Source: a virus. Taken from it: a stretch of DNA of 64,000 nt. The DNA is taken from positions 4,975 to 68,974 of the IMG/VR virus record IMGVR_UViG_3300047388_000220. One strand, 5' to 3'. A model generated the notes under the pieces. It had not been told where the DNA came from, made no database searches, and saw only the letters and a list, made by a program, of their open reading frames with translations. Position numbers and translations under genes: made by a program. This document shows, piece after piece, positions 63,501 through 64,000 of the stretch. Every line of letters starts with the position of its first letter. Positions within the stretch are counted from its first letter, which is position 1.

Positions 63501-64000
63501 GCCGACGACGCTCGCGCCCGGGACTCCGGCGATGACCGCTTTCGCCATCTGCTCAAATTTGGCTTTCTGTGCCTCCGCCGATTTTCGTAACTCCTCGGGG
63601 TCGGTGCTCGCCTGTACGGTAGGGCGCTGGCCCTCTGGCGGCTGCCCTGAGGCGCCTGGCGCTCCGGGTGATGGTTTCCCCTGCCCCGCTGCCGCGACGT
63701 CTGCCATGGGCTTCCCCGTGAGCGCGGCGGTGGCTGCAGCGAGCGGGCCGGTCGCGGGGGTAGCCGGAGTGGCGGGCTTGGGAGCGTTCGTATTGTCTAT
63801 AGCTTCCTGGAGAAGCTCAGACAGAGCCACATGGCGGCCAGACAATTCCTCTGCCGCTGGGATATTGCCAGCCTTCTCCGTGCGGTCCGCTTCCTCGGCA
63901 ATCGTATCGAGCAGGCTACGCAGTTGCTCGGGCGAGGCCCCCTCAACCCGGGGTCGCATATTCTCGACGATGTGGTCGAGCAGACTCTTCGGTTGCGCTT
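57525..64000 (-). CDS. Giant polyvalent (putative internal virion / DNA ejection) protein; 5' end beyond the window
   Basis: Frame open to the window edge (AQPKSLLDHIVENM...); RelA/SpoT-like, permuted HAD-like and 2H phosphoesterase modules; helical C-terminal region with NKDFYGTEI motif as in phage ejection proteins. Confidence 0.8.
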   Translation of the reverse strand, partial: AQPKSLLDHIVENMRPRVEGASPEQLRSLLDTIAEEADRTEKAGNIPAAEELSGRHVALSELLQEAIDNTNAPKPATPATPATGPLAAATAALTGKPMADVAAAGQGKPSPGAPGASGQPPEGQRPTVQASTDPEELRKSAEAQKAKFEQMAKAVIAGVPGASVVGPRVKSEDSIENKDDRGKAPETITDINAARVVAPSPDAVPALQQAVESQLPVVSKDKIDSNGLNIPQYGVQTGKPGDPNQVSEMQVVPSPAVADAMKETDDLYAKQKEAEAAGDQKTVDKLGAQIEAKLKAAQAAPAKKREGHFPLNGEVLSVSEKQTAYADSTRPDEIKAGTAKPSISRIMEIRTPNGKTERIIVPGDVDPSIVGKSVDIDASLIFGDRLWTDKVQERPTKKPAAPQVPAMPGMTPIGAQMVPKLTKGTAVTLPDGTAGTVQGGNPNFSQGGRWSVQTPNGTVTVKGSDLKPAEAAPPLGAPLPQRVAQIKEAVAKGTPVKIFTARAADPQVAEWLKANGLGDLPVTNVKGHDFGGLLDNEVNVPTNSDKPFEMPAVPAGKALYVDLDGTLAKEQKPDEQRISAEQPAGTVADNRPGQGEKENAVPIKTPDEMGQQPGREGSAGRPGESGRVEPEQQGNGPARAGASEAGPPGQAHDAQQKEEVKKPESKALPGPSGAEHVQRNASTLERGADGGVVNPEEARDAFHAVASSEKSLREFDVPTQRLVMDYVISQLHDLKIRDAVVKLVPVDMVDNLARLKSSAQVLLHDESVLGKIPAVDLKVSVPVGMDIADRIVAAIAQVTAKDVGRPLPVRGLPENGGTAVSAGVGVHKPNLPESKERVNAKVPGKHAHGSTQADIPPGSDAGKALAALRKAIDPADLMGEGLIDDAHITVRYGIDGNDTAGIRAYLEKQAPFEATLGKTASFPPSEHSDGAAPIIVPVESADLRRMEKELDKHGLFVDRNFPEYKPHATVAYVKPDEAKRYTGMTEADGKTFTVNSVTISKKDGTKEEVQLKGKALTAKPTLQTYEAEVSKYAGDPHPKTVQIEAENRRHAEQLLAEKYPGMRISSAGRVETQPEKAPAPQAEKPIRPADFQTGMRVRVDKAPPGSYLTDGETYTLTVSRGKLPTVDFRKANGAGTQENLRMAAFGEYTLLSLPEKKPAPAKPSFSATARAKATPKTEEIPAAQTAIEQRRAAHVPGEFARLVTEHGQAADNLAKLAADVIRETRSGHGDTENQVGPERHDNNPEAGTRPDRKGLSGTGGGEKEDLPSKRATSGTRTGADLDATLSAFGFANPAVFARLFPDVSKRMVDWVADEPTDKSEQKAMMRQTRGEMDRRVAIAVHKLSDASKRWTTRSHDESKRFWNAVESGDLSRLSPSDVTLANVFRAAFDSIRDELQKLKPEVLQNYIENYFPHIWERPSTVSAHIKGLLTGKRPLAGQASFLKKRTIPTMQDGLDLGFVPKSWNPVDSFLMKYAEMAQFLMAHQTLDVMKQAGTARFVRIGAKKPEGWTQLDDRISTVYGRETVLDEDKLADVTQPLTYPGGKRKYPGAFSEDIEDATHEAMTIRGYYFAQAEAAKVFNNYVSRGMAGKSSVYDTLRWLNDNMNALQLGISAFHATTISVVGVASDVALGLQQLSEGKPVKAGMSLSRVALLPLSIFNTVRNGHRLMQEYLDPGKYAKLAREAEAVAIAGGRAKMNTVAIHPFRKAVNSFRNGAILKGLSQAPGAVLHGLISPVMEYYVPRMKFGIFYGMAHDIIDEADKGRITHEQLRGRLDEAWDSVDNRAGQMVYENLFWNKAVRDLAQVATRSVGWNYGSYREAFEASKGLARGAGSVLQGKKPRLTPALAFALALPMAVGYIGAGYNYLRTGEGPKTYKDYFYLKNTDGTYLNIPGYMKDVFAFSHSPLTTVANKLGPLWEATSEMLQNKDFYGTEIRHKDDTAFQQIGEVAEWAGKQLIPFSFSSAAKLLEQRGAEDSLGSMLQEAMKHPGDMALGQLGFQRAPSYIQNSPAMNAAREYSMENRPPGTKTAEQDAHYKAMDAIVRMYRTNDIDQKLIDRFLDEGKVTDRDVNRAERESDEVPIARAFNRLAADGHIEQMLNVWQKASADEREAIEPILARHERDIDKIMDDRRRDEMQAAFDKAMGQADQAPAPATGGGGA
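60155..60316 (-). CDS. Nested 53-aa ORF in the +1 frame of the giant gene
   Basis: GAGGAG-N5-ATG; MEIPKIKWDQKDMIITPRPGHGRIEKAYQVLAEEKKKTSPASEPLPEPVPAQT. Confidence 0.5.
   Translation of the reverse strand: MEIPKIKWDQKDMIITPRPGHGRIEKAYQVLAEEKKKTSPASEPLPEPVPAQT
61483..61511 (+). promoter_or_regulatory. Antisense sigma70 promoter inside the giant gene
   Basis: TTTACA-N17-TAGATT, 6 nt before the GTG of the nested HNH. Confidence 0.65.
61518..62006 (+). CDS. HNH endonuclease nested antisense within the giant gene
   Basis: CTNC...FCSHLC zinc finger; EHRLVMEKHLGRRLEPGEVVHHIDGDKLNNSIANLEIM; C-terminal HTH. Confidence 0.88.
   Translation: MDSYPCTNCGTPVLRKPSHRQRSPNVFCSHLCYSRHNAVGYIHPHGYRYFKINGRNFAEHRLVMEKHLGRRLEPGEVVHHIDGDKLNNSIANLEIMELRDHIVHHKPLSWDIELAKTLLRRGDSMESVARLLGIHYSSISTALKSRGITLDMLRPRRTWKSL
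62018..62203 (-). CDS. Nested 61-aa basic protein in the +1 frame of the giant gene
   Basis: AAGGAG RBS; MPFQSKRQMRWGNSPAGKEALGGQGKVDEWNQSSKGMDLPE, resembling small phage MPFKSKAQ-type proteins. Confidence 0.65.
   Translation of the reverse strand: MPFQSKRQMRWGNSPAGKEALGGQGKVDEWNQSSKGMDLPEQAPAKPDRPGKRMMLNKKKK

Noticed and set aside
1-64000. Integrated prophage boundaries or an alternative genetic code
   Set aside because: No integrase, att site or host genes seen; genes are full length under the standard code

Overview
The whole window reads as a GC-rich tailed dsDNA phage with podovirus-like head-tail genes. I recognised no host housekeeping genes, integrase, endolysin, tRNA or CRISPR array. 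An Acidobacteriota-like host is inferred from protein style only. A minus-strand late arm (about 34.6 kb down to 1) encodes six consecutive Sec-signal-peptide proteins of spike/fibre/glycanase type, a holin-like gene, portal, a GT4 glycosyltransferase, scaffold, major capsid and tail tubular A/B-like proteins. A plus-strand early arm (35-55.5 kb) encodes a replication initiator, YqaJ/Bet recombination genes, an SbcC-like ATPase, a J-domain protein, DnaB and a complete GroES/GroEL pair. A second minus-strand block (55.4-64 kb) encodes TerL, TerS and a >2,150-aa polyvalent protein. About ten freestanding endonucleases are scattered through the window. The two most unusual signals are (1) tail-appendage-like proteins that all carry cleavable signal peptides followed by Gln, three sharing a Cys-paired N-terminal domain, suggesting periplasmic maturation of virion parts; and (2) the giant gene, which carries RelA/SpoT-like, circularly permuted HAD and 2H-phosphoesterase modules and hosts three nested ORFs (two small +1-frame ORFs with their own RBS and an antisense HNH with its own promoter). 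All calls come from reading motifs by eye; no searches were run.
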